Notes: generated by a model not told the origin, from the sequence alone. Numbered from the stretch's first letter, positions 28,259-38,895 are shown. The stretch: DNA of 64,000 nucleotides from Acidobacteriota bacterium (GCA_965263035.1 OZ253580.1:1952001-2016000); one strand, 5' to 3'. A program made the numbers and translations.

Positions 28259-29806
28259 ATCCCGCAGGATGGCGTGGGCCGCATTGTGACCGGGCGCGCC
28301 CGAGACCTCGCCGCCCGGGTGGGTGCCGGCGCCGCAGAGCCACAGGTCCCGGATCGGTGTCTTGTACTCGGCCCAGCCAGTGAGCGGCCGGCGGGAGAAG
28401 ACCTGACTCGGCGTCATGTCCAGGTGGTGGATGTTGCCGTCGGTCAGGTAGACGCGGCGTTCCAAATCCAAAGGCGTCAGGAGCATCCAGTCCGCGATGG
28501 CCTCCCGAAAGTTGGGAGCGTATTCCGCGACCGCGTCGATAAGAGCCTCTCCCGCCTCCTCCCGCCGCTCGTCCCAGGTGCCTCGGGCGAGCCGGACAGG
28601 GGCGTACTCGGCGAAGATGGACAGGACGTGCTTGCCCGGCGGGCAGATGCTGCGGTCATAGATCGAGGGGATCTGGATGGACATGACGGGCTGCCTCGAG
28701 GGGCGGCCCCGCCGGGCGTCCCGCCACGCCCGCCGCACGTAGTCGATGGAGGGGCAGATCCAGACGCGGGTCGTGATGCGCGGATCGTAGTCCCTGCCCA
28801 GATACGAGGAGAAGTCGGGCAGCTCGTTCATGGCGGCGTGGAACTTGAAGTATCCGATCTCGGTCCGCCGGCCGCGGACCCTTCGGCGGAAGCCTGAGGG
28901 GAGATGTTCGGGTTCGACCAGATCCAGGAAGGTGCGCTTGGGATCGGCGTTGGAGACGACCCGACGGCTGCGGATCGTCTCTCCGCCGGTCAATTCGACG
29001 CCTTGCGCCCGGTTGTCCTCCACCAGGACGCGGCGGACCTCGCACCCGGTCCGAATGGTCCCGCCCTGGCTCTTCAGATAACCGGCCATGGCCCGCGTGA
29101 CGGAGCCCATCCCCCCCTTGACGATGCCGACGATGCGCCGTTCCGGTTCCACGTCGCCCGGCAGGAACGCCGCCGGCAGGGAGCTGCCGATGGAGTGGGG
29201 GTCGCCATGGTCTCCGGAATGGATCACCGCGGCCCGGACATGCTCCGACTCGAAAAACTCCTCTACGAGATCGGCGTGGCTGGTGATCAGGACTTTTTTG
29301 AAGATCTCCAGGTTGCCCGTCTCCCTGGCCCGCCCCACCAGATCGGGGTAGGTGGGAGGCGGCGTGAGCACATAGGGATGCACGATGGAATGGAACCGTT
29401 CCCAGAACCGGTTCCAGCGCCGGTAGCTCTCCGCGTCCCGCCGGGAGAAGGCGCTGATGGCCTCCGCATTGCGCTCCGGGTCCTGGTGCAGCACCAGGTA
29501 CCGGCCGTCGGGGTAGGGACGAAACGCGAAGGGTTCGAGTTGAAAGACCTCGAAACCGTAGCGGTGCAGCTCCAGGTCTTCCGCAATCCTGGGGTGCAGT
29601 GCGTAGAGCATGAAGGAACAACTGGAGAAGTGGAAACCGGGGAAGAGTTCCTCCGTGACACAGGCCCCACCGACTATCGAGCGCCGCTCCAGGACCTGGA
29701 CCTCCAGACCCGCCCGCGCCAGATAACTGCCCGCGACCAGTCCGTTGTGCCCCGCCCCGATGATGAGGACGTCGACTTCCCTCGCTTTTCCGTTGGCCGC
29801 TTTCAT
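28241..29806 (-). CDS. Phytoene dehydrogenase-like FAD oxidoreductase (PYROXD2-like)
   Basis: IIGAGHNGLVA, GGACVTEE, GGMGSVT, LCGAGTHPGGEVSGAPGHNAA. Confidence 0.9.
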   Translation of the reverse strand: MKAANGKAREVDVLIIGAGHNGLVAGSYLARAGLEVQVLERRSIVGGACVTEELFPGFHFSSCSFMLYALHPRIAEDLELHRYGFEVFQLEPFAFRPYPDGRYLVLHQDPERNAEAISAFSRRDAESYRRWNRFWERFHSIVHPYVLTPPPTYPDLVGRARETGNLEIFKKVLITSHADLVEEFFESEHVRAAVIHSGDHGDPHSIGSSLPAAFLPGDVEPERRIVGIVKGGMGSVTRAMAGYLKSQGGTIRTGCEVRRVLVEDNRAQGVELTGGETIRSRRVVSNADPKRTFLDLVEPEHLPSGFRRRVRGRRTEIGYFKFHAAMNELPDFSSYLGRDYDPRITTRVWICPSIDYVRRAWRDARRGRPSRQPVMSIQIPSIYDRSICPPGKHVLSIFAEYAPVRLARGTWDERREEAGEALIDAVAEYAPNFREAIADWMLLTPLDLERRVYLTDGNIHHLDMTPSQVFSRRPLTGWAEYKTPIRDLWLCGAGTHPGGEVSGAPGHNAAHAILRDLGSDF

Positions 29807-29953
29807 CCTTATTTCTTTGTCCCGGTCTCTTGCTACCTGAGGGGAGGCCCTCTCGCTTCAGGCGCCCCTCCCAACCGAGTCAGGGTCGAGGTTCGGAGAC
29901 CGCATTCTGAAGTGGTTTGACCGCAGACTCAATTCCTGTGAGGATGCGGGTTC

Positions 29954-32026
29954 GTGTCTTCCAGCCGAGTGTCCGACACAACCTACATATTCCTCGTCGT
30001 CCTTCCTTGGATCCTGCCGGGTGGAACCATGTTCGGGGCGGAACTCCGGGTGCTTCCGGAATCGGAACGGACCGGCGGCGAAGTCCGGGTGCTGCGGGAT
30101 CATCTCCGGCCCCTCGTCCATGCCGCACTGGACCGGCGATTGCGGGCGTATGAGGAACTGAAGACCGCGGAGCAGATCCATGCCTACCAGCAACGCCTGC
30201 GGGCGGAGTTCATCGGGAGCCTGGGCGGCTTCCCGGACCGCACCCCCCTGCGGCCCCGAATCGTAGGCCGACTTGAGGGCGACGGATTCCGAGCCGAAAA
30301 GCTGATCTACGAGAGCCGGCCCGGCTTCCACGTGACGGCGGTCCTGTACCTGCCGGAGGCCGAACCACCCTATCCCGGCGTCCTGCTCCCCTGCGGTCAC
30401 AGCGAGAACGGCAAGGCAGCCGAACTCTACCAGCGGGCGGCCATCCTGATGGCCAGGAACGGCCTGGCGGTGCTCTGCTACGACCCCATCGGCCAGGGCG
30501 AACGGAAGCAGATTCTGCAGGACGGCGCGGATCGGGCGGAGACGGTGAAGGGCCGATTCCGTCCCACCGGCGAACACAATCTGGCCGGCGTCGCCCCCAT
30601 TCTGCTGGGTCAGAACCTGGCGACCTATCGCATCTGGGACGGCATCCGCAGCATCGACTACCTGGCGGGCCGGGACGACATCGACGAGTCGCGCATCGGC
30701 TGCACCGGGAACTCGGGCGGCGGCCTCATGACCGCCTACCTGATGGCGCTCGACGAGAGAATCGTGGCTGCGGCATCAAGCTGTTTCATCACCACCACCC
30801 GCCGCAAGAACGACGACCCCGGACCGGGCGACGCCGAACAGAACATCTACGCCCAGACCGCCTATGGCATGGATCACGCGGACTACATTCTGATGCGAGC
30901 GCCGAAGCCAACGTTGATTCTGGCCGCTACACGTGACTTCGTGCCCATCGCCGGCGCCTGGGAGACGTTCCGGCAGGCCAAGCGGCTCTACACCCGGTTG
31001 GGCGTGCCGGAGCGGGTCGACCTGGTGGAAGCGGACGAAGAACACGGGTTCTCCCTGCATCTGCGCACCGGCGCCTGCCGCTGGATGCGGCGATGGCTGC
31101 TGAACCGGGTCGACGAGGTGACCGAGTCCGACTTCGGCGTCTTCTCCGACCGGCAGCTTCAATGCACTTCCCAGGGACAGGTCCTGCTGCTGGAGGGTGC
31201 GAGATCGGTTTTCCAACTCTATCGTGCCGAGGAGGCGAGGCTCCGGCGGCATCGGGAGCCGTCCTGGCGCCGGATGACCGGCGAAGAACGAAGGGCCAAG
31301 GTGAGGGAGACGGCGGGCATCCGTCCCTTCTCGGAGATCCCGACACCGGAAACCCAAGCGTCGGGTACGGTCCAGCGCACCGGCTACCGCATCGAGAAGC
31401 TGATCCTGAAGTCCGACGGCGGATTTCCGCTGCCGGCGCTACGGTTTGTCCCCGGGAGATTCAGTGGGGAGTCGACCCTGTATCTGAACGGGCGGGGCAA
31501 GCAGGCCGACGCCGGTCCGGGAGGTCCCATCGAGTCGCTGGTGCTCAGCGGGCATCAGGTGCTGGCCGTGGATCTGACAGGCTTGGGAGAGACCGAGTCC
31601 ACGGCGTGGCGGTACGACCCCAAATACATCGGAAACAATTCGGCCGAGTACTTCATCGCCTACATGCTGGGGCGTTCGCTGGTCGGCATGCGGGCCGAAG
31701 ACGTGCTTGTCTGCGCGCGTCACCTGAATGCCCAAAGCGGGGAGGCGAAGGGAGTGAACCTGGTCGCCGTGGGGAGGGCGGGGGTTGCTGCGCTCCACGC
31801 CGCAGCTGTCGAGCCGCAGCTGTTTCTCCGGGTCGACATCCGTGACTCCGTTGATAGTTGGCGGCGTGTCGTCGAAACCGAATTGACCGTCGACCAGCTC
31901 GAAAACACGGTGCACGGGGCGCTCCGACGGTACGATCTGGAAGACTTGGCGCGGCTGGCCGGGAGGGACCGGGTCGTCTTCGAGAGGATCCGGACCGCGT
32001 CCGGCGCCTTGATCGAACCCGATTGA
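29954..32026 (+). CDS. Acetylxylan esterase-like tandem alpha/beta hydrolase
   Basis: PCGHSENGK, YDPIGQGER, GCTGNSGGG nucleophile, GPGDAEQN. Start uncertain. Confidence 0.85.
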   Translation: MSSSRVSDTTYIFLVVLPWILPGGTMFGAELRVLPESERTGGEVRVLRDHLRPLVHAALDRRLRAYEELKTAEQIHAYQQRLRAEFIGSLGGFPDRTPLRPRIVGRLEGDGFRAEKLIYESRPGFHVTAVLYLPEAEPPYPGVLLPCGHSENGKAAELYQRAAILMARNGLAVLCYDPIGQGERKQILQDGADRAETVKGRFRPTGEHNLAGVAPILLGQNLATYRIWDGIRSIDYLAGRDDIDESRIGCTGNSGGGLMTAYLMALDERIVAAASSCFITTTRRKNDDPGPGDAEQNIYAQTAYGMDHADYILMRAPKPTLILAATRDFVPIAGAWETFRQAKRLYTRLGVPERVDLVEADEEHGFSLHLRTGACRWMRRWLLNRVDEVTESDFGVFSDRQLQCTSQGQVLLLEGARSVFQLYRAEEARLRRHREPSWRRMTGEERRAKVRETAGIRPFSEIPTPETQASGTVQRTGYRIEKLILKSDGGFPLPALRFVPGRFSGESTLYLNGRGKQADAGPGGPIESLVLSGHQVLAVDLTGLGETESTAWRYDPKYIGNNSAEYFIAYMLGRSLVGMRAEDVLVCARHLNAQSGEAKGVNLVAVGRAGVAALHAAAVEPQLFLRVDIRDSVDSWRRVVETELTVDQLENTVHGALRRYDLEDLARLAGRDRVVFERIRTASGALIEPD

Positions 32027-32101
32027 CAATGGAACAAAAGAATTCTCGCCCCTCCCAGGGCCGAGACGACGGGTTGAACGACGGAAAGGTGAGGACATGA
32101 C

Positions 32102-32815
32102 ATGCGGGTCGTTCTGATTGGCTGCGAGTACGCGGGCACCACCACGCTGGCCGACGGCATCCAGCGCTGGAGCCATGAGGTCATGGGCGAGGGCAACGGC
32201 CTGGCGGCCTTCCATGACCACTGGAAGATCCCGCACATCAGCGGGCATCCCGGGCTCGACGACGAGAACCTGTTCACACCCGAAGAGCAGGAGCAGTTCC
32301 TGGCCCTGACTCCCAAGACCAAGGAGATGGTCCAGCGCTACAGCATCACCTATCACCTCACCGCCGGCGCCCTGCGCAACCCGGATTACGTTTCGGTCGG
32401 CCTCCACATCGAAAACGCCATCTACGGGGCGCTGTACTTCGGCTACTACACCGGAGAGCAGGCCTGGATGCGCCGGGCCATTCTGGACCACTTCGAAGAG
32501 AGCATCCTGGAATTCGCGCCCGACATGCCGCTGGTGCTGGTCAAGGCTTCGCCGGAGGCCATCGCCCGGCGGATGAAGGAGGATCCTCATCCCAACGGTG
32601 TCCTGCAGGAAACCGATATCGATCGGGTGCTGGAAGAATTCGCGGCCGGGTTCGAACGGTCGTCCATGCGCAACAAGTTCAGCATCGACACGACTCGGAG
32701 GACTCCGGAGGAGACGTTGGCCCGGTTCCTGGAAAAGTTCGAGCCCCACCTCAACGAGACCGACAAGCTCCGCATCCTGATTCACCGGGCCCGTCAGCGG
32801 AGCGAGTGGATCTGA
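32102..32815 (+). CDS. Nucleoside-kinase-like P-loop fold protein with degenerate Walker A
   Basis: MRVVLIGCEYAGTTTLA; LVLVKASPEAIARRM. Confidence 0.6.
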   Translation: MRVVLIGCEYAGTTTLADGIQRWSHEVMGEGNGLAAFHDHWKIPHISGHPGLDDENLFTPEEQEQFLALTPKTKEMVQRYSITYHLTAGALRNPDYVSVGLHIENAIYGALYFGYYTGEQAWMRRAILDHFEESILEFAPDMPLVLVKASPEAIARRMKEDPHPNGVLQETDIDRVLEEFAAGFERSSMRNKFSIDTTRRTPEETLARFLEKFEPHLNETDKLRILIHRARQRSEWI

Positions 32816-32842
32816 GCGGCGGCCGGGAGCAATGAGCACACC

Positions 32843-33889
32843 ATGACGGACACCATCCGGGTCGGCATCATCGGAGCCGGCAAGATCGCCCAGAACCGGC
32901 ACCTCCCGCTGTTGCAACAGGTTCCGGGGGTCGAGATCACTCACGCCTGGTCCCGCCGCGAGGAAACGGCTCAAACGGCGGCCCAGAGGTTCAATATTCC
33001 CAACTTGGCCGACCGGTGGGAGCGGATCATCGAGAACCGCGACATCGACGCCGTGGTGATCGCCACGCCGCCCAACCTCCACCTGCCGGCCACCGTGGCC
33101 GCCCTGGATGCCGGCAAGCATGTCCTCTGCCAGGCGCGGATGGCGCGCAACCTGAAGGAGGCTCTCCGGATGCTGGACGCCTCCCGGAAAACCGACTTGG
33201 TCACCTCCCTATATGCGGCCGGTTTCGGCCTCAAGGGGGACCGGGTGATGCGGCGGCTGATGGGGCAAGGCTACGTGGGGGACCTCCTGGAAGTGCGGGT
33301 CACGTCGCTGCTTCCGGCCGTTCCCGAGGCGGGCGCCTGGCTGGTGGACCCGGAAGTGGTCGGCGTCAACACCATGATGCTGGGGATCCTGGCCGAGGTC
33401 GTCTACCGCTGGATCGATCCTCCCGTTTCCCTGATCGCCACCACCGGCGAAGACCGGTTGGACGTGCCCCAGTCCCTTTCCATCGGAGCCGAGTTGCAGG
33501 GAGGAGCCACCGCCAGCTTCCATCTTTCGTTCCGGGTACCCCGGGGTCCGGGCAGCTCGGTGGAGATCTACGGGACCCAGGGGGTGCTGGACTACAAGCT
33601 GCTGGTGGAGAAGCCGGGAGGCCTGGTGGAGGACGAGGAGCTGTTCGGCATGACCCGCGGGGACGCGGGCATGCACCGCATCGAGATGCCGCCGGAGGAA
33701 CAGCGGGACCGGACCATGGACGCCGAGTTCATCGAGGCCATCCGCAACGGCACACCGGTGGCTCCGGATTTCGCCGAGGGCGTCCGCTACATGGAGTTCT
33801 GCGAGGCGGTGGCTCAGTCGATCTACGAAGGCAGGAGGATTTCGATGCCACCCGAGCCGAAGATGGACTCCTGGGGCCGGCCGCTGTAA
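32843..33889 (+). CDS. Gfo/Idh/MocA oxidoreductase
   Basis: VGIIGAGKIA, DAVVIATPPNLH, GKHVLCQARMA. Confidence 0.9.
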   Translation: MTDTIRVGIIGAGKIAQNRHLPLLQQVPGVEITHAWSRREETAQTAAQRFNIPNLADRWERIIENRDIDAVVIATPPNLHLPATVAALDAGKHVLCQARMARNLKEALRMLDASRKTDLVTSLYAAGFGLKGDRVMRRLMGQGYVGDLLEVRVTSLLPAVPEAGAWLVDPEVVGVNTMMLGILAEVVYRWIDPPVSLIATTGEDRLDVPQSLSIGAELQGGATASFHLSFRVPRGPGSSVEIYGTQGVLDYKLLVEKPGGLVEDEELFGMTRGDAGMHRIEMPPEEQRDRTMDAEFIEAIRNGTPVAPDFAEGVRYMEFCEAVAQSIYEGRRISMPPEPKMDSWGRPL

Positions 33890-33934
33890 GTCGTTCACAA
33901 CTCACCCACAGTTTTCCCAGAAGTTTTCCACAAC

Positions 33935-35428
33935 TTGGAACAAGCCAGCTTCGGCACCCTCAACTCCCTGGTTCTGGTGGCCTATCTGCTCGGGGTCACC
34001 GTGCTGGCGCTGTCACTGGCGGGACGCCAGCGGGACACCGAGTCCTATTTTCTGGCCGGACGGAGCATGCCCTGGCTCGCCGTCGCGTTGAGCACCGTCG
34101 CCAGCATGCTGAGCGGTCTCACCTATCTGGGGGCTCCGGCGGCGTCCTACAAGGACAACGCCTCCCTCATGCTGGCGGGACCGGCGGCACTGGTCGCCAC
34201 GCCGCTGATCATCGCCCTCTACTTCCCCATCTACCGGAGGCTCAAGGTCACCACCGTCTACGAGTACGTCAGCGCCCGTTTCGGGAACCGGGCGCGGTAC
34301 GCCGCCTCGGCCCTGGCCATACTCCAGATCCAGGGCTGGATGGGAATCGCCCTCTACGCGCCGGCCCTGGCTCTTTCCACCGTCTCCGGGATCGATCTGA
34401 CCCGCGCCATCCTGCTGATGGGGCTGGTGGCCACGGCGTATACCTGCACCGGAGGCCTGGCGGCCGTGATCTGGACCGACGTGATCCAGTTCCTGATCCT
34501 GACGGCGGGCGCGGTGCTGGTCGCCTTCTCCCTGGTCGAGAGGCTCCCGGGAGGCCTGGATCAATTTTTCGAGATCGTGACCACCGCAGACAAGCTGGGC
34601 CTGGCCGACACCCGCTTCGATTTTGCCGAGGCCACCGGGCTGGCGGTGGTCCTCTGTTACTTCATCGCGGGCTTCGGATACGGAAACAACCAAGTGGTCA
34701 TGCAGCGCCTGTTCGCGGCCAGAAGCCGCCGCGAGATGGCCCGGGCGCTGATCCTGGATCGAGTTCTGGAAATCCTCGTTGTCGCACTCCTCTACCTGAT
34801 CGGTCTCGGGATCTTCGCCTATTTCCAGGTATTTCCCGAGAGTCTGGCTCCGGGAATCGCCGGTGACCGGATCCTTCCGTACTACATCGTCCACGCCCTG
34901 CCGGCCGGCGTCTCGGGCCTGCTCATCGCCGCCATCTTCGCCGCGGCCATGTCCACGGTGGATTCGGGAATCCATTCCGCGGCCACCTTGATCCAGGTTG
35001 ATTTCGTGGCGCCCCTCAGGCAACGGCCTTTGACCCAGCGCCAGAGTCTGGCGCTGGCGCGAGCCATGACGGCGGGTCTGGGCCTGCTGGCGACCGCCGC
35101 CGCCCTGTTTGTGTCGGAAGGCGCCGGCATTCTGGACACCATGAGCAAGGTGGGCAGCCTCACGGCCGCCCCCGTCACGGCTCTCTTTCTGCTGGGAATC
35201 CTGACCCGGAGGGGACATTTCCTGGGTTGGCTGGCCGCCACCCTGGGGATCTCGATACCGCTCAGCATCTACGTGCAGAACTTCGTCGAGATGCACTGGA
35301 TCTTCTACACGCCCATCGCACTGGTGAGCTGCCTGTCCGGGTCCTGGATCTTCAGTCTGCTGCTGAGATCCGGGTCGAGCCAGGATCGCGACGTTACGGG
35401 ATTGACCATCTGGGAACCGCGAGACTGA
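33935..35428 (+). CDS. Sodium:solute symporter (SSS family)
   Basis: YFLAGRSMPW, GGLAAVIWTDVIQ, AAAMSTVDSG; many TM helices. Confidence 0.92.
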   Translation: MEQASFGTLNSLVLVAYLLGVTVLALSLAGRQRDTESYFLAGRSMPWLAVALSTVASMLSGLTYLGAPAASYKDNASLMLAGPAALVATPLIIALYFPIYRRLKVTTVYEYVSARFGNRARYAASALAILQIQGWMGIALYAPALALSTVSGIDLTRAILLMGLVATAYTCTGGLAAVIWTDVIQFLILTAGAVLVAFSLVERLPGGLDQFFEIVTTADKLGLADTRFDFAEATGLAVVLCYFIAGFGYGNNQVVMQRLFAARSRREMARALILDRVLEILVVALLYLIGLGIFAYFQVFPESLAPGIAGDRILPYYIVHALPAGVSGLLIAAIFAAAMSTVDSGIHSAATLIQVDFVAPLRQRPLTQRQSLALARAMTAGLGLLATAAALFVSEGAGILDTMSKVGSLTAAPVTALFLLGILTRRGHFLGWLAATLGISIPLSIYVQNFVEMHWIFYTPIALVSCLSGSWIFSLLLRSGSSQDRDVTGLTIWEPRD

Positions 35429-35504
35429 CCCCTGCCTACCGATCGGTTTCTGTCCAACACCGGCAAGTCGACGTCATCAATAGTGGCGGATTGCAAACGT
35501 ACAC

Positions 35505-35591
35505 CGTAGGGGCACCCCTTGTGGGTGCCCTCTTCGTTCCAAGCGCTCGGCAACCGACAGGAAGAGGGCGACCATAAGGGTCGCCCCTACG
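35505..35591. repeat. GTAG-type REPIN
   Basis: GTAGGGGCACCCCTTGTGGGTGCCC...GGGCGACCATAAGGGTCGCCCCTAC. Confidence 0.85.
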
Positions 35592-35822
35592 AAAGGGACG
35601 GGGGAAAGTCCAGGATTAAACAGCATGACGACATGCTGTTATGATGGCACCATGGTTCGAACTCAGATTCAATTTGAAGAGAGACAATACCAGCAGATCC
35701 GGACTCTGGCTCATCGAAAGAGGATTTCCATTTCCGAAGCGGTTCGCCGCCTCGTCCGCCAGAGTCTCCGGGAAGGTTTAAAGCAAAAACAGACCGGCGT
35801 GGAGGCCCTGTTGAGCATTGCC

Positions 35823-37818
35823 CCCAGATTATTCATGGGACATGTTGATAAGGGCTTCCGACCCGGCGTTTTCGTGCGGTCGCAGCCCGGTTTCTCTTGA
35901 ACCTCTTTCGATTCGACTGAATCGGCTCAAAAACAGGACGATTGAACCAGTCATAAACCATTTACCGGCCAGGGGGACCGTCACCCGCCGAAAGATTGAC
36001 TTTCCGGCCAGAAATCCCCACCGTTTCGGTCCCTTCCACGGGCCCGATTTCTCCTCCGTCCCCTATCCCGGCGCCCAGGACACCCGCGCCAGGCTCTGCC
36101 ACAACCGCTTCCAGTCTGTCGCCCCTTGACTGATGACGAAAATCAATCGCCTCCCCTGACGTAGCGCCCGAGATGCCACTCGCAACACCCGCTCGCGAAA
36201 ACGACGCAGACTCCAGCCCCGACGCGTCGCCTGCTCCATCAGCACCCGACCCAGGTGCAGGATCTCGTACCCCAGCAGATTCAGCAGGAACAAGACTTCG
36301 TTGTGGGGTCGAACCCCGGCCTCCGTCGTCGCTTCCGGCTTCGCTCCCGGCTTCAGCGGTTGGCCCCGATAGTGCGTCTTGGGCCGGCTCGCGGAGGACA
36401 AGGCCGGATCGAGCACGTCCATCAACTCCCCCATGTGGCCTTCCGCCTTCCCCCGCTTTCGATACTGTGCCAGCAACTCCTGAGCCTGGTATCGTTTCCG
36501 GCTCAGGCTCGTCAGCAGCCAGAAATGATCCGGATACAACTCCCCCAGTCGCTCCCGCACCACCAGCACCACCCGGCGCGCCCGATCCCAACTCTCCGCC
36601 TGATAGGTCAGCTCATGGAACCAGAGCCTCGGCGGTGCATCCGGGGATCGCCCCGCCGGTTGGGTCAAGTAGGGCTTCGCCATCCGGTTCAGGACCTCAT
36701 TCTTGCGGATTCGAGCGATATAGGGCACGCTTCTCGACTCCAGCCCCTTCAGCAGCCCCGGCTCCGGGAACCCCGCATCCATCCGCACGATCATCGAGCC
36801 GCACAGGCGCCCGCGACAGCGGTCCACCACCCGTAGCGTCAACTTCAGCGCCTGCTTCCCCAGGTAGCTGGCCCCCGGATAAATCTCCCCGTCGATCAGG
36901 TCCCCCGTCTCGGCACAACTCGCCACCAACCCGTGGTACATCCTTTGGCGATAATATCCGTTCCATTCGCTTCCCGGGGGATGCCCATGGACCTCGACCG
37001 GGAGCCCGTCCACGTCCAGGACCATCGTCTTTTTCCGTCTCTTCTTCCGTGGGGTCTTTTCCCCCCGTTTTCGCCGCCGGCCTTCGATCATCTCGATCCG
37101 ACGGCACGCCAGCTCCGTCACCGCCTGGTGCAGGACCGGAAGGTTCTCCTCCCGGCTGAGCGTGTCCAGCAGTCGGGACAAGGTCGGCTGCGACGCCAGC
37201 CCGTGGCCCTCCTCCAAGGCCGCCGTGCCCCGACGGGTCTGGCTCGCCACCCGCAAGCTCGGATCCTGACGCAGGCGGTCGGCGTCGGACTGGTCGCGCC
37301 AGCCCTGCCCCAGCAGCAGGAGTCGAGTCCGCAGCAGATCCGACAGCGGATAGCGGATCGAACTCGGGTGTCGCGGATCGTGCAACCGCTCGGTCAACCA
37401 ATCGATGAGGCCGCTGCGCTCCATCAGCTCCCGTTGCACCAGGGCTCCCGTGTCCGCACTGAGCAACTCGGGGCGGGTCTCGAGGCGGAGGGATCGGTTG
37501 AATGAGGGCCGGATCTGCGGTATCGTCTCAGGCATGGCGTGCTCCGTTCTTTGTGGTTGTTTCTTAGCACTATAATCATACCACAAATGACGGGCACGCC
37601 GTCTCTTTATGCCGCCCCTGGAAGGGGAGAAAACCTTGGAAATGCATGGGTTTCGGACCCCTCTGAACCCAAAGATTAAGGCGGAGTCGAAAACCACGAT
37701 AGCGTTTCACCCACGGCGGCTCTCGACCTTTTTCTGTGGGTATCCCGTAACCCTCTGATCCGACTCGACATGGCGGGAACGCTTTCCCATTTTATGTTTG
37801 TATGATGAATAATCTGGG
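35823..37818 (-). mobile_element. IS1380-family element
   Basis: TIRs CCCAGATTATTCAT/ATGAATAATCTGGG, 5-bp duplication TTGCC. Confidence 0.92.
36063..37535 (-). CDS. IS1380-family transposase
   Basis: LSADTGAL, LASQPTLSR, VLDVDG, VRMDAGF, YRKRGKAEGHMGE. Confidence 0.9.
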   Translation of the reverse strand: MPETIPQIRPSFNRSLRLETRPELLSADTGALVQRELMERSGLIDWLTERLHDPRHPSSIRYPLSDLLRTRLLLLGQGWRDQSDADRLRQDPSLRVASQTRRGTAALEEGHGLASQPTLSRLLDTLSREENLPVLHQAVTELACRRIEMIEGRRRKRGEKTPRKKRRKKTMVLDVDGLPVEVHGHPPGSEWNGYYRQRMYHGLVASCAETGDLIDGEIYPGASYLGKQALKLTLRVVDRCRGRLCGSMIVRMDAGFPEPGLLKGLESRSVPYIARIRKNEVLNRMAKPYLTQPAGRSPDAPPRLWFHELTYQAESWDRARRVVLVVRERLGELYPDHFWLLTSLSRKRYQAQELLAQYRKRGKAEGHMGELMDVLDPALSSASRPKTHYRGQPLKPGAKPEATTEAGVRPHNEVLFLLNLLGYEILHLGRVLMEQATRRGWSLRRFRERVLRVASRALRQGRRLIFVISQGATDWKRLWQSLARVSWAPG

Positions 37819-37894
37819 TTGCCGGCATTGCGGCCAGTGGCGTGAACGATCTGGGCCGTCGTCACGACGACTACCTGGCGGAAACTTACGACAA

Positions 37895-38464
37895 ATGACG
37901 TCGATCTTCGTCGACACCTCGGCCCTCTTGCCCCTCCTGGATCGAGACGATCAAGACCATGATTACCTTGTGAATGCCGTGGGCACTCTCAGCATCTCTC
38001 AGACGGCCTTGGTCACCTCTTCCTACGTGTTGGTTGAAGCGGGGTCCCTCGTCCGTTCCCGATTGGGGGTATCCGCCTTTCGGCGGTTGGGCGAGATCAT
38101 GGAACGTGGTGTGGAAATCGTCTGGGTCGATGAGGAGTTGCATCGTCGAGCCTGGAAAGAAGCCAGTGCTGGAGGCAAGAGAGCACCCGGTCTTGTCGAC
38201 TGGGAGTCTGCGCCGTAGAAATGATCGTAGCGAGAAAGTGGGGAATCGAGGCCAGATTTTCACGATTTGGAGGTGCATAGTCGTTCTATTCGCCGAGAAA
38301 TCGGGGAAATATGGACCGATTCCCCGCTTTCGCAGTAGATTGATTTCTGCGGCGCAGGCTCCTAGGTCAGTTTTCTTCTGATGGCCGAGTTGGACATAAC
38401 GACTGCCCTCGCCCGGGATCGCCACTTCGTCCAACAGGGTTTCAGAATTCTGCCGAATCCATGA
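37895..38464 (+). pseudogene. vapC: PIN-domain (VapC) toxin split by MITE B
   Basis: MTSIFVDTSALL...VLVEA...GLVDW | MITE | VSFLLMAELDITTALARDRHFVQQGFRILP*. Confidence 0.88.
38204..38361. mobile_element. MITE family B, copy 2 (inverted)
   Basis: Reverse-complement copy of 17879-18037; flanks CTGG/CTAG. Confidence 0.9.
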
Positions 38465-38611
38465 GGACCACTCACGAAGCGTAGCAGCCCCGTGTACGGT
38501 CAACCTGAATCAAACGCAGGGCGGAAAAAATAGACTGTCCCCTTGCAGTCCCCGGGTTTCTGCCCTTGTAATTCCCGCGACTTCCATCACCCCGCACTGA
38601 ATATTGGGGAC

Positions 38612-38833
38612 CGTAGGGGCACCCCTTGTGGGTGCTCTCTTCGTTCCAAATGTTCGGCAGCATGCAGGAAGAGGGCGACCACAAGGGTCGCCCCGACGAA
38701 ACCGGCAAGACCACGGCATCATTGGTGGCGGATTCCAAACCGACACCGTAGGGGCACCCCTTGTGGGTGCCCTCTTCCTTCCGAACGCTCGGCAGCCAGC
38801 AGGAAGAAGGCGACCGCAAGGGTCGCCCCTACG
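38612..38833. repeat. Two tandem GTAG-type REPINs
   Basis: Two copies of GTAGGGGCACCCCTTGTGGGTGC...GGCGACC(A/G)CAAGGGTCGCCCC. Confidence 0.85.
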
Positions 38834-38895
38834 AAACAGACGGGGGAAAATCCTGGGTTTAGGGTGAGTTAACGCTGCGCATTTTCCTCTGCCCT

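Larger units (their letters stand above)
35652..37898 (+). pseudogene. RHH antitoxin (VapB-like) split by IS1380
   Basis: MVRTQIQF...ISISEAVRRLV...LLSIA | IS | GIAASGVNDLGRRHDDYLAETYDK*; stop overlaps the toxin ATG. Confidence 0.85.
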
